Part shown: positions 1 through 21,431 of the stretch, piece by piece
How positions within the stretch are numbered: position 1 is the first letter of the stretch
How the letters are laid out: every line of letters begins with the position of its first letter
Assembly: GCA_963693365.1 (NCBI GenBank)
Contig: CAVNZM010000008.1
Span: 5,831,228-5,895,227 of the forward strand
Direction: 5' to 3'
DNA length: 64,000 bases
Origin: Amoebidium appalachense
Lineage: Eukaryota > Protista > Ichthyosporea
The notes under the pieces: generated by a model
Databases searched by the model: none
Seen by the model: only the letters and a program-made list of their open reading frames with translations
What the model was told of the DNA's origin: nothing
Made by a program: the position numbers and the translations under genes

Positions 1-2
1 TC

Positions 3-1826
3 AATGACCACGTACCTGGTCATCTCACCCCGGTTCGTCCTGGGTCTCCGGAGTTCCACTCGGCCCCGTCCAGCCCCGTGTTATCCAACTCCCCCCTCAA
101 CACGGCACCCATTCCTGGCTTCCAGGCCCCCATCCCCGACCACCGAGTGTCTGTCCCAGACACCCCCCCGGCCCCTGAGCCCCTCCGTCCCGTCCCCCGT
201 CGTTCCTCCCGTCTCTCCTCCCGGCCTGCTATGGCTATGGTGAGCATCTCCCGACCCAGCCTTGATGTGTCTCAGCTGCCCCGGTCAATTCAGAAGCTGT
301 GCTCCGGCACCAAGGGTGATGAAGTGGTGACTGCCCTCACTGCCGAGTACAAGGCTTTCATCGACAAGGACATCTTCGACGTAGTTGAGCCCCCCTCCGA
401 TGCCAACATCATCCGATTCAAGTGGATTGTCACGGAGAAGGTCCTCAACTCTGCTGGTGACACCAAGATCAAGGGTCGTGGTGTGGCCAAGGGTTTCACC
501 CAAGTCTACGGTGTTGACTACGGTGAAAACTCTTCCCCCGTCGTCATGTCCTCCTCCGTCCGTGCCCTGCTTGCCCTCGGTGTGCAACAGGACCACGAGA
601 TCCATCAACTCGACATCAGCACGGCCTTCCTCAACAGCCCCCTCGACGAGACTTTGTACATGGAGCAACCTCCTGGTTTTATCCTCCCTGGCAATGAACA
701 CAAAGTCTGGAAACTCAAGAAGGCCCTCTACGGACTCAAGCAGGCATCCCTGGCATGGTACGAGTTCTTCAACTCCATTCTCATTGCCCACGGCCTCACC
801 CGTCTCCGTTCCGATCCGTGTGTCTACTTCCGTCAGTTCCCCAACGGGCACATCATCCGTTCGGGCAACTACGTTGATGATGCCATCATCACCTGCACAC
901 GGAACTCCACCATCATGCAGGGGCTTGTTCGTCACATCACGAAGTCTGCCGAGTGCAAGGTCGGTCTGCCAGACATCTTCCTCGGCACCCAACTGCTGTA
1001 CACCCGTGACTCCCTCAAGCTGCTGCAGTCTTCCTACATCAAGGACATCATCACCGACTTCAACCTGGTCGATGCCAAGCCTAAGGCCACCCCTATCCCC
1101 GTGGGCACCATCATCAACGAGGACTCCCTCTCATCCCTGCCCACCACCGTCCCCTACCGTGAACTCCTCGGCCGTCTGCTGTGGGTTGCTCGGTGCTCCC
1201 GGCCTGACATCTCGTATGCCATTGGCTACCTCGGCCGATTCAGCTCCAAGCCCACCAAGACTGCCTGGGAGCTTCTCCTCCGTGTCGTTCGTTACCTGCT
1301 CGGCACCATCAACCTCGGCCTCTACTACAAGAAGAAGGCCCCCAACAGCAAGGTGCCCATCCTTGAGTGCTACTCGGATTCTGACTTTGCTGGTTGCCCC
1401 ACCACCCGTCGTTCCACGTCTGGGTACGTCATCCTCCTCGAAGGCTCCCCCGTCACCTACCACTCCAAGCTGCAGACGATCACTGCAACTTCCACGTGTG
1501 AGGCCGAGCTCCTGGCCCTCAATGCTGCCGTGCAAGATGTTGTCTGGCACCGTGATCTACTCAAGGAGCTGGGCTACCCCATGACCGAGCCCACCCCCGT
1601 GTACTGTGACAATCAGTCCACCATTGCTCTGGTCCACTCTAACACCATCAAGCACCGGACCAAGCACATTGCCGTTCGTTACTTCAACACCAAGGACTAC
1701 ATCAACAGTGGGGACGTCACTGTCACCTACATCGACACCAAGAAGAACCTGGCCGACATCTTCACCAAGCCTCTGGCTGGTCCGGCCCACGACACACACC
1801 GTGCCAACCTCAGTCTCCGTGACTGA
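3..1826 (+). CDS. Ty1/copia pol, C-terminal part (reverse transcriptase + RNase H); frame is open from the window edge
   Basis: Copia RT motifs QLDISTAFLN, LKKALYGLKQAS, YVDD. RNase H motifs YSDSDFAG, TCEAE, CDNQS, KHIAVRY, ADIFTKPL. No stop between position 3 and the called start at 78. Confidence 0.96.
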   Translation, partial: NDHVPGHLTPVRPGSPEFHSAPSSPVLSNSPLNTAPIPGFQAPIPDHRVSVPDTPPAPEPLRPVPRRSSRLSSRPAMAMVSISRPSLDVSQLPRSIQKLCSGTKGDEVVTALTAEYKAFIDKDIFDVVEPPSDANIIRFKWIVTEKVLNSAGDTKIKGRGVAKGFTQVYGVDYGENSSPVVMSSSVRALLALGVQQDHEIHQLDISTAFLNSPLDETLYMEQPPGFILPGNEHKVWKLKKALYGLKQASLAWYEFFNSILIAHGLTRLRSDPCVYFRQFPNGHIIRSGNYVDDAIITCTRNSTIMQGLVRHITKSAECKVGLPDIFLGTQLLYTRDSLKLLQSSYIKDIITDFNLVDAKPKATPIPVGTIINEDSLSSLPTTVPYRELLGRLLWVARCSRPDISYAIGYLGRFSSKPTKTAWELLLRVVRYLLGTINLGLYYKKKAPNSKVPILECYSDSDFAGCPTTRRSTSGYVILLEGSPVTYHSKLQTITATSTCEAELLALNAAVQDVVWHRDLLKELGYPMTEPTPVYCDNQSTIALVHSNTIKHRTKHIAVRYFNTKDYINSGDVTVTYIDTKKNLADIFTKPLAGPAHDTHRANLSLRD

Positions 1827-2533
1827 CCCGTGCACTGGTGTTCATCATCGAGTGGTTTCTGAGTAGGTTGGGGCCCTGGACAGCAGTTGACACACCTACG
1901 GTGATCAAGATGCCTCCCAACGAAAGTCTACTACTCCTCATCGTTTCTCTTCATCAGTGGGGACTCAGTCTTACATCGTCATATGTGTGCTTCTTCAGTG
2001 GGGAATTATTCTCCCCCATCCGTCATTTATTTATATTCATATCCCACCATATATATTGGTTTTCTTCTATATTCGACTTATATATATGTCGAACTGGGAT
2101 GGCGTCCCAGTATAAATAATTATCTATAGCCATGGCGTGCTGGTTGACTGCCAGTCTAAACCTAGTCCACGGGATGCACCTTCCCCGTGTCTTAACTGGT
2201 TGACCACCAGTCTATAAATCAGTCCACAAGATGTTCATGCCTTGTGTTTACCTGGGTGGTCCCCAGTATAAACCATTAGCCACCAACACGTCACACATAC
2301 ACTAGTGTTTCCTATATATATATATATCGACAATAACCACCATGATTTATTGTTCCGAGTCTTCAGAGGCAACCGTCGTTGTGTGCCTCTTCAGTTTTGA
2401 TTTCTCTCCTTCCCACCTCAAGGATCTTCGGTTTGCATCCTCGAGTGGGGAAACTTGAGTGTGACGGCCCCTCCTGTGTTTGGACCTCATCTACCGTCAC
2501 ATCAACAGACACGAGAACACAAACTTCAACCCC

Positions 2534-2544
2534 TTGAGTGGGGA
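2534..2544 (+). promoter_or_regulatory. Polypurine tract of the copia element
   Basis: TTGAGTGGGGA immediately precedes TGTTGG at 2545. Confidence 0.75.
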
Positions 2545-3528
<984 letters not shown>

Positions 3529-3529
3529 G

Positions 3530-7757
<4,228 letters not shown>

Positions 7758-8234
7758 AAAACGGCGGGCTCAGCCTGCAGATGGTTGGCTGAGTTTCGCG
7801 CCAACTTTTGGCGCATGAGTATGCATGATCCAGCACCATTTTTCAGTCAGTCCGCCAATAAGAACCACCCGAAAAATGGTCGCGGGGCAGGTTCTTAAAA
7901 AAACCGGACTTGGCCGCCGGCGTGGTTCTTATTGGCGGTGGTTCTTATTGGCGGACGGTATCTGTAGTTTTTGTCATAATACATGCGGTCTTGTATGCGG
8001 GTCATTGAATTTCCATATATGCATGGCACGTGGTCAGCAACCTGCCAATGCAGATATACCTCCCTCTATCCCCTCAATAGAATGGGGTGGCCCGCCGGTA
8101 AATATAACCCCCCTCCCCCCACCCCCCCACCTCTAGCTCCGTTCCTTCCCCTCCTTGTTCCAGCCTATCACACTCCCCCTGTTCTCTCTCTCACCGGTGA
8201 CCCACATCAGTTTTTATACACACGCACACACACA

Positions 8235-8331
<97 letters not shown>

Positions 8332-8343
8332 ATGTACAAACAG

Positions 8344-8465
8344 ACACATGCAGCACCTTTTCCCACTCATGCACTGCGGGGATGGCCGGAGGGTGCTACC
8401 GACGACAATCAGGATTCTACGAATGTGCATGGGCCCCGGGAGCCAACAAATGCAACCACGTGTGC

Positions 8466-8504
<39 letters not shown>

Positions 8505-8507
8505 TGT

Positions 8508-8567
<60 letters not shown>

Positions 8568-8645
8568 GTGTGTGTGCGTGTGCGCTTGTGTAAGTGCGTG
8601 CGTGTGCACATGTATATGCATGTATGGATGTGTGTCACCCGGCTG

Positions 8646-8696
<51 letters not shown>

Positions 8697-9800
8697 GGTG
8701 TGCGGGTGTGTGTGGGAAACTTTGTCTGTGTGCACGTGTGTGCTTGAGTACGTGTGTGCGTGTGCACATGTGGGTGCATGTATAGATGTGTGTCACCCAG
8801 CTGGGTGTGTGTGTGTGTCTGTGTGTGTGTGTGTGTGTGCGGATTTGTGTATGTGTGTGTTCCGTGTTTATCTGAGTGTAAGCATGGGTTTCAGAGAGGC
8901 TGAGTAACCCAAAAAGATAGCCATGAGGCCGGATAAAGAACTTTGCCTAACCTCTAAGTAGATAAAGTGCGTACTCAACACACACGCGCGCACCCATGTG
9001 AACACATTCTATGAACCCTCCTCCCCCTCCCCATCCCCTCCCCCCCCCCCCCCCCCTTCCCCCCTCACCCCCCCCCCCCCCCCCCCCTCCACCTCCAACA
9101 AGGTGGGCACACGCACACCGACACACACATACACACGGGCCAACCCCCACACCAAAACGATTATTTCAAGACATACTCCTATGAAAGCGAATTCTCTGAC
9201 AGCTATCGTATTCCGCTATTTACTGGAATAATAGATTATGTCCTTTTTCTCTGCAATGCATATGTCCACTAACATCACCAAAATACTTCAGGTGTCATTC
9301 AATTTGGTGCGGCGCTGGTGGCAACAGGAAAGAATTGCGCCACCTCTTATCTGATCTCATCGGCCAATGGGCACACGGCAATATCATGCCGTCAGTTCTG
9401 CCACACAACTATCTCCTGCACGCATTTCACGCAAGAGTACGGCCCTGGGAATGCTGGAATGTGCCAGGTGTATTCGGCATGCCCCGAGGCCCTGTGGGTG
9501 GAGAATATGACGTCACTTTACTTGTTGCAAGGTGGGTTGTGACGCCACATATTGGTAGGGTGGGTAATGACGTCATATATTGGTGCAGTGGGTTATGACG
9601 CCATTGTACTGGTTGCATGTTGGGTTTTAACGTCGCTGCTTTAACAATTTTGACACATTTTTATTACCCAATCAGATTTGTGTGCCCTTGGTCTGCACAA
9701 GTGCCCTGCCGACACTCAATGCACCAATCGTCACGGGATATCTTGCTCAACTACGACTGTGTGTGGCCACCAAGGCCCAATCAGAACACCTCGTGTGCAT
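8344..9800 (+). pseudogene. Exons 2-4 (8344-8467, 9292-9531, 9676-9800) of a paralog of the PAN-repeat gene
   Basis: Close matches to 47597-47719, 48002-48235 and 48883-49008. Two exons are 124 and 125 nt long, so they are frameshifted. Confidence 0.85.
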
Positions 9801-10029
9801 GTCTGCCCCCCCCCCCCCCCCTCTCATCCCTCCGCCCCTTCCCCTCCTCCCTCGCCTTCTCCTCCCCCCTGCACCCTCTTGAAAGAATATCACACACCCA
9901 CCCACCCACGCTCACTTTGAACACTTCCCACACTTGCACCCACCCCATCCGTACTTGTAGGTTTGCTTTTTTTATCACCTCAGGCTAAACCTTCCCCCCC
10001 CCCCCCTCCCGTTCCCCCCCCCCCCTCTT

Positions 10030-10060
<31 letters not shown>

Positions 10061-11419
10061 GGGTCATGCCAGCCCCCACAAAAAGCCCAAATTCACCCCT
10101 TAGCCCCCCCACCTCCCCCCCCCCTCCCCCTTCCCCCCAAGAAATGTACTGCCCCTTTTTTGTAGGGGATTATTTTGGATTTTATTTTGCAAGTTTGTTT
10201 ACTTTGTTTAGTTTGTTTTTTTCTCATAAATTTATAGTGTTTCTTTTCTTGAATTTTAATGTTTTGAATAGTTGAGAAAGTAGAGGGGTGTCCCAGTGGG
10301 ACATCCCGTAGATGTAAAGAGTGGAGACATGTCCCAGTGGGACGTGTCATAAGAAATTAAAGATTGTTCAGCACGGTCAACGACACTTCACTGTGCAGCC
10401 ACGGGGAGGAAAGGGAAGGGGAGGGGGGAAACTGGGGGGAACTGACATCATCTGGGCATCAACCGGGGCACAAAATGATGCTTTAATATAGATTTTTGGA
10501 CGATTAGAATACAGTATAATGATCATATTAAATTGCTTGTAGTGATCGTTTTGTCGACTTATTATGCTGCACAAGTTGTCACAAAGTAAACATAAAGGTG
10601 ACATGTGTATGTCGTGAATCGGTGTGCATGAAATAAAGATCATGTAGAGTGATCCAAAAGGTATCTTTGTATGGTCGGCAACAGATCCGTTTGATGACAT
10701 AAAGGCATCGTGAAATAAGGATTCCGATGCCCCGAGATACTGTAAAGGCAACATTTAGTTCTCCTTATGTGCCTTTTTAGATGCAGAACAGTCAACATGA
10801 AGACCTCTAAATCACCTCTCGTTGCAATAAGGTAAATTAGTACATGATGTCCCTTTAACGATATCGTTTAGATGTCTGTTTGTTGCCTTAATTTCTTATT
10901 TAAGCTCTTTAAAGTGGCCTTAAAGATGACATAAAAGGGTCTTGATGTGCAGGATCTTACGATACCTATATTTTAGGGCTGTGGATGCTAAACACAGAAG
11001 ATGTGTTTGTAGCTTGCTGATCTGCTAAAAACTGTCGTGCTTATATACCTAAGCCTACCGATCTGAGCCAATCAAAAATCGATCTAGTGATATGTGAAAT
11101 CTGATCCGAGCCAATCATAACTCGGTCTAGTGATCTGTGGTATCTGATGTTTTGACTGGCTAATAGGTGCCCGTGTGCGGGCAGCCAACCGCTAACTGCT
11201 AAAACACGAAATGAAGCCTACATGGTTATGTTGGTATCGAACACCCATCCTACGTGTTTATCCAGAAAAATATTTATGTCAATAATTTCCACAAATAAAA
11301 CCTCTATGAAAACTACTCCGGGACGTGTGTTGCCTCTAGGGGGACATCCCCTTGGACGAAAGTGAACCTGCAATGGTTGTAAACCACGGCACGAGAGCAG
11401 TATGCTTGCTCCAAAGGTT

Positions 11420-12451
11420 TCACTTAAGAATAGAGGCGAATACACGTGTGGTGGTGGCAGCAATGGAGGCCGGACGAAGTCGGGTATAGATCAGGAAGCA
11501 GTCGGAGGACCACCGGCCGAGTTGTTTGATCCGGGAGTCGTCGACTCCGGCCTCAGCCAGTGCTGTGGCCCCCCCGATGCGGAGGCTGTGTCCGGCAAAC
11601 CGGGAGGGTGAGAGGCCTGCCCGGGAGAGGAGGGCACGGAAATCGGCAGAGAAAGCACTCTTGGTGTAGGGGATGCCACCGAGACTGAAGAGGGGGTCGT
11701 CGGGTTGACCGGACGTTGTATCCAGGAACTGCCGGAGGAGATGGGCTGGGGAGAAGTGGGTGAGGGGCAGGGCAGCTAGGGTGACGTTGACACCTCGGGC
11801 CTGTACATCCGTCTTAGAGGTTGGCAGGTGGAGGGTGGCATGGGACAGAGTACCGGTGGGGGTGTAGCTGAAGGTCACGTCCTTCCGTTTAACGTGACGG
11901 GACGGGTCGAAAGAAGTCAGGGTCTTGGAGGTAAATTCCCCTGAACGGAGGAGACCACAGAAACCGACGATGAGGGCCGTCCATAGCCGGAGATTGGCCG
12001 AGGAGGCCTTGGTGGGGCACTGGCCATGGAGTAGGCGGAGGTGGGAGGGGAGGAGGGGTTCCCTGGTGGATGAGCGGGGTCGGATGTTGTGAGAAAGCTG
12101 CCATCGGCCTACCCCCCGTAGGAACCAGGCCAGAGACTTGTCGTGGGGGTAGGGAGCAGGGAGGCCCATGTCGAGGTGGAGCCTGGTGATGGCCGAATTG
12201 TAGCCGGTTAAGGAAGAGGCCTGTACCCCTCGTTGGGCACACCAGGCGAGAAAAAGTTGCACGGTGTGTGGGGAGGCCGGGAGGGAGGACCCGGAGGAGG
12301 ATTGCAGCCGAGATGCCACACAAAAATCGATGAACACTTTTTGCACCCGGGAGTAAAAGGCCCGAGAGTCGAGGTTGAGACTCAGGGCCTGGCATTCCTG
12401 CAGGGTAGTGGTGGCTCGAAGCAGCTCGGCCGGAGCAAAGTGGGGGGCCAA
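11420..12451 (-). CDS. Tyrosine recombinase of the Ngaro/DIRS element
   Basis: LLRSGEF, SKTD, GHSLRIGGAT, LGRWSS and the catalytic-position Y. Confidence 0.95.
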   Translation of the reverse strand: MAPHFAPAELLRATTTLQECQALSLNLDSRAFYSRVQKVFIDFCVASRLQSSSGSSLPASPHTVQLFLAWCAQRGVQASSLTGYNSAITRLHLDMGLPAPYPHDKSLAWFLRGVGRWQLSHNIRPRSSTREPLLPSHLRLLHGQCPTKASSANLRLWTALIVGFCGLLRSGEFTSKTLTSFDPSRHVKRKDVTFSYTPTGTLSHATLHLPTSKTDVQARGVNVTLAALPLTHFSPAHLLRQFLDTTSGQPDDPLFSLGGIPYTKSAFSADFRALLSRAGLSPSRFAGHSLRIGGATALAEAGVDDSRIKQLGRWSSDCFLIYTRLRPASIAATTTRVFASILK

Positions 12452-12502
12452 TCTGCCAGTGTTGCTCCGGAACGGGAGATCTGGGGGGGGGGGGGGGGGG
12501 GG

Positions 12503-14186
12503 TTAGCCCAAGGGAAGGGATAGGAACTCGTGGACCCAGGAGGGGAAGGGGCAGGGCTCCGGTTGCAGGGAAGGTCGGAGTCGTCGGGCCCGGGGAAGTT
12601 GGTTCGGCAGAAATGGCATCGGCCAGATGGTTGAGGGGTCCTGGTAGGTAGGATGCCTGTAACGTAAATTGGTATTGCATTTCCATGCGGGTGATGAACC
12701 GAATAAGTTTGGCCATCACGGGGTGGGGGGAAGACCGGGAGTCCAGGTCAGACACAGCACCCGTGTTGTCGCATAAAATACGGACATGGTGGGTGGACCA
12801 GGAGGGGGCCCAGAGGGCCACGGCGGCTGCGATGGCCAGGAGTTCGATGACGGAAGAACCGAGTTTACCCTCATGAGCATAGAGGGCTTGGGTGGAGGGG
12901 GACCAGGGCATGAAGAACCATTGGTCGAGCCAGTGGCCTCCTAGACCCACCGATCCGGCAGCATCAGTGGCCAGGGTGGTGTATGTGGGGGGTGTGATGA
13001 GGTGCACCCCATTCCATGATGTGAGGAACTGGTGCCATTCGGCTATGTCGGCCCGGGCGGCAGCAGTCAGTCGTATGTGGTGGTGGCCGGCAAGGTGTGG
13101 GTGGGTCCGGAGAAGGGCCCATAGGCGCTGGGAGAAGGCCCTCCCGGGGGGAACCAGCTGGGCACACCAGGTGAGTTTGCCGAGGAGGGACTGGAGGTCC
13201 CGAATGGTGATGGTGGGCTTTGGGTGGGAAGTGAGGTCGAGTAGGTCCGAGAGCTTGGAAGCCGGGATTCGTGCCTCCATGGCGATGGAGTCGAATTCGA
13301 TACCGATGAAGACGACACGGGTAGCCGGGCCCTGCATCTTGTCTTCGGAGATGGCAATGTGCAGCTCTCGGCAGAGTTGCAGGAAGGTGGATAGGTGACG
13401 TTGGCACTGCTCTTGTGTGGGGGCGACTATAATCCAGTCGTCTACGTAGTGGCGGATGAGGGTAATACCGTGCTGGTGTGCCAGCCACTGTAGGGTGGCC
13501 GCGATCCGTTCCCAGATGGCTGGGCTAGATTTCAGGCCGAAGGGCAGTCTGGTTTCAACGTAAAAATGCCCTTGCCAGTTGAATGCCATTAAGTGGTGGT
13601 CTTCCGGTCGGATGGGCATGTGCCGGAAGGCAGCCTGCACATCTGCCACGGCCATGTAGCAGCCGGGGCCTGCGTCGAGAATGAGTTGGGTGACATCCCG
13701 GGCGCGAATGTACTGAAGTTCGTCGGGGTAGGTGATGCTGTCATTGACACTGCTACCCCGGGGCCAGGAGAGGTGGTGGATTCGACGGTACTTGGGGGGG
13801 TTCCCTTTCTTGGTAACGGCGCCGATGGGGGAGGAACGGTGGACCGGAAATTCGTCAAAGAATTGGGCCGGGGAGAGGGGGCCGCGCAGGTGGCCGAGGG
13901 CGACTTCTTTGGCAATATCCACCGTGATAGCGGCAGCTGCCTCCGGGGTGGTGGGTAGGTTGGGGCCCACCCGACAGGTGGAGGGGCCGCGATAGCCGAT
14001 GTCGACGCCGAATTCGACATCGTGGAGGAGTTGTGCGGCGAATGGTTGGTCCGGGTAGGAGGCCAGCAGTTCCCGGAGGCGGGAGGTGTCAATGTGGTGC
14101 TGGGGCAGCGGGCGGGCCTCCGGGTCTGAGCCTCGGGGGAAGGGGTGGTTAGCAAGGGTGGTGTACCCTTGGGGAGATCCCGGCAG

Positions 14187-14225
<39 letters not shown>

Positions 14226-14321
14226 GCAGGGCCCCGGGGGGTTAGAGTAGGGCAGCTGGGCCCAAGTGAGGGTGGGCAGGGAGGGCAGCGGGGCCCTGTG
14301 CAGGGGAATGCGCCCGAGCAC
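12503..14321 (-). CDS. DIRS-type RT-RNase H; 1-nt frameshift near 12610, true stop probably 12503-12505
   Basis: ADVQAAFRH, RLPFGLKSSP, YVDDW, TDAA, IELLA, CDN, ADAIS. The shifted frame continues NQLPRARRLRPSLQPEP...LG*. Confidence 0.9.
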
Positions 14322-14618
14322 GCGGGGTGTGGGCGGACACAGAGGTAGAAGAAGGGGGGGAGGGAGTGCTAGGTGAGTGTAGGGGGGGGGGGGGAGGCTC
14401 GTGGGATGGGGGGGGGGGAGTAAAATTATGTGCAGTGGCCAGAATAAACGTCTTTGTGTAGGGACATTTATTCTTGACGCGCGCGGGCGCCGTAGTTGGC
14501 CTGCGAAATTTTGTACTCAGCCCTATTGGCCCGTTCTCCCGAGCTCCGTTTCCCTGTACTCGTGTGTCCTAGCTCCTAACCCCTATGTTCTAGCTGTGTG
14601 TGTGGGTGTGCGCGAAGA

Positions 14619-15866
14619 CTAGGCATTGTGCTTGCAGTCTTTGCGGGGGTGTGTGCCAGAGCAGAGCGGGCACACGTGGGAGAAGGGGCAGGGCTGCTTA
14701 GCGCAGGACCGACCGTTAATGTGGAAATTCCTGCAGTGCGTCGCGGGTAGATCCACGGGCCGGGCCGGTTTTGCCGGGCCGGGTTGCGGGCCAGGGCGGT
14801 TAGGGGTTTGACCCCCGCCGGGCTTGTGGGGCGGCTTAAAGCCGTCAAGACCACAGCCGGGCTTGGGGTACATGGGGCAGGCTGCGCTGGGGTGGTCGGG
14901 GAAGCCACAGCGCTGACATGCGTCCGGGATGAGCAGAGTGGGTGGCAGGAGGAGATCCTGGTGGAGCTGGGCGAGCAGGTTGGGACACTCGATCGGGGCC
15001 CGACCCTGCTGGTGGGCAACGGTGCGGGCGTATACGTCATAGTTGTGGATCTGGGCCCACGGGTATCGGCCCGGGGTGCTGAGGCGAGTGATGTGCTGAG
15101 TCCAAAGTACGTCTTTGTCCGTGGGGAGGCCGAGGTGGTGCTTGGCGGCCATGTAATGGGTCCAAGCTTGGATCCAAATGACGAGTGAACGCAGGGGAAC
15201 GGGTTTGTCTTGGCGAAAAGTCTCGATGCTGCCGTCGTCGGCCATGCGCAGATGCTGACCTTTCTTGGATGGGGCCAGGAGGGCGGCGGGGGTGAACTTA
15301 TACAGGTCGACGAAACGATTGGCGCGCAAATCTGCCAGCACATCCGCGGGGGGAAGCGGGAGTGTGCCCGGCTGAATGTCGCCAGTGTTCTCACCTGTGA
15401 TGAGGGGCGCGGGCAGGGCAGGTAGGTCTAGGTCAGGGCCGAGATGCAGCCCCGGGGAAACCTCCCCGGGTGTGGAGGGCGCGGCGGGGGGCGCGGGAGG
15501 GTCGCGGTTGGTGAGAGCAGCCAGGACGCCAGCCATCTGGGTGCTGATGGCGGTGAGGGCGGCCAGGACGGCGTCTTGAGAAGTCATCTGCGGGGACGGC
15601 GGGGCCTGAGGGGGGACTTCAGGAGTGGAGGGGAGAGTAACCGGCGGGTCCGGGTCCGTGGTGGTATGGGCCGCTGGAGGCGCGTCAGTGTCCGCGGGAG
15701 CGTTGGTCAGCCTGTGGCGGAGGTCGCTGCGGGTCAGGCGCTTAGGTGCCGCGGCAGGGGCGGCGGCTGAGGCCTGGCGCTTTTTCGGCGGCATGCTGAC
15801 CGGCGTAGGGAAAGATAGGGAGAATGAAAAGGAATATATAGCTGTAAGGCTGTGGATGCTAAACAC
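14619..15866 (-). CDS. Gag-like ORF1 with C-terminal Cys/His zinc fingers
   Basis: CQRCGFPDHPSAAC and CRNFH..C...C.FSHVC..C...H....C. Lies upstream of the RT ORF. Confidence 0.85.
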   Translation of the reverse strand: MFSIHSLTAIYSFSFSLSFPTPVSMPPKKRQASAAAPAAAPKRLTRSDLRHRLTNAPADTDAPPAAHTTTDPDPPVTLPSTPEVPPQAPPSPQMTSQDAVLAALTAISTQMAGVLAALTNRDPPAPPAAPSTPGEVSPGLHLGPDLDLPALPAPLITGENTGDIQPGTLPLPPADVLADLRANRFVDLYKFTPAALLAPSKKGQHLRMADDGSIETFRQDKPVPLRSLVIWIQAWTHYMAAKHHLGLPTDKDVLWTQHITRLSTPGRYPWAQIHNYDVYARTVAHQQGRAPIECPNLLAQLHQDLLLPPTLLIPDACQRCGFPDHPSAACPMYPKPGCGLDGFKPPHKPGGGQTPNRPGPQPGPAKPARPVDLPATHCRNFHINGRSCAKQPCPFSHVCPLCSGTHPRKDCKHNA

Positions 15867-16683
15867 AGAAGATGTGTTTGTAGCTTGCTGATCTGCTAAA
15901 AACTGTCGTGCTTATATACCTAAGCCTACCGATCTGAGCCAATCAAAAATCGATCTAGTGATATGTGAAATCTGATCCGAGCCAATCATAACTCGGTCTA
16001 GTGATCTGTGGTATCTGATGTTTTGACTGGCTAATAGGTGCCCGTGTGCGGGCAGCCAACCGCTAACTGCTAAAACACGAAATGAAGCCTACATGGTTAT
16101 GTTGGTACCGAACACCCATCCTACGTGTTTACCCAGAAAAATATTTATGTCAATAATTTCCACAAATAAAACCATTACATTGCCATTGCATTACTATTGC
16201 GCTAGCATTATAGACCTATTGCCAATATCAATTATACCCGGGCGATATTACAATAACAACCAAATAATATCAAAAATACAGATAATGATATGGATAATAC
16301 TGTATTTTCGCATTGTAGTTGCACTATGAACGCATTATTAATGTATTGCCAATATGTAATTCATAGAAATACAAAGATTTAAATATCAAGAAACATATAA
16401 ACAATATATTGCCAACATATGATCCAACTATAATCAATATATAAATGCGGTATCGCCGATAGGTTGCTTATATATCGTGAGTATATTGATGACATAAACA
16501 GAGGTATGATTAATACACTCCCAACACATTACAAATAAGAAATATGTAAGTATGTTATAATACGTAGTATTTACATATTGTAAGATCTTCTCAGTTCGTG
16601 TTATGTTTTCATTCATTTACTTAATGAAAAAGATGTGCTCCTTGTACGTAAATTATGACATCGATCTCCAGTGTATTTGAGTA

Positions 16684-20747
<4,064 letters not shown>

Positions 20748-20963
20748 TATTTTAAAGTGGGTCTCTTTTGCCAATGAACCAAATTTATTAGCCCCTTCTG
20801 CTCAAGCCGCATCAGGCCAATCATGTGGCATTTGAACCATTCGGGTAACCTGGTCTCACAAAACCGACAAAACCCCTAAAGCATTGTGAATCTGGTGGTT
20901 GTGACGTTCACGCAATGAGTGCCACAGTGTGAGTGAGTGAGTGAGTGAGTGAGTGTGAGTCAC

Positions 20964-21069
<106 letters not shown>

Positions 21070-21389
21070 CGGTTACACAATTTCAGTGTGTGCGTACGTG
21101 GGACGTATGCCGGGGTAGACATGGGGGTCTAGGTGACACGAGGACGGTTCAGCTAGCCTATGGTAAGGCAGGGAGGGGCTTTAATCATAAACGGGACTCT
21201 TAAGTTTTTTAAAACAATAAACTACACAACCACATAGACTACGTACATATCTGGGTGGCTTATCGCCGACGGCACCCATACATGTCACAGTGGAAGCCGC
21301 AGGGGAGGGGGGCAGGGGGAGGGGGGGAAGGGGGAGGGGGTCGCGATGGGGGTGTAAACGGTGGGTGTGTGTGCATGTGCTTGGGGGGT

Positions 21390-21431
<42 letters not shown>

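Larger units (their letters stand above)
10977..16173 (-). mobile_element. Ngaro/DIRS-class tyrosine-recombinase retrotransposon
   Basis: gag, RT/RNase H and YR ORFs in order, bounded by 326-bp direct repeats (10977-11302 and 15848-16173). Confidence 0.93.

Noticed and set aside
11889-12502. Long C-terminal extension of RT
   Set aside because: It arises from a 1-nt frameshift and is off-frame read-through over the YR gene.
10977-16173. Classical LTR retrotransposon
   Set aside because: The repeats lack TG..CA ends, and the element encodes a tyrosine recombinase rather than a DDE integrase.
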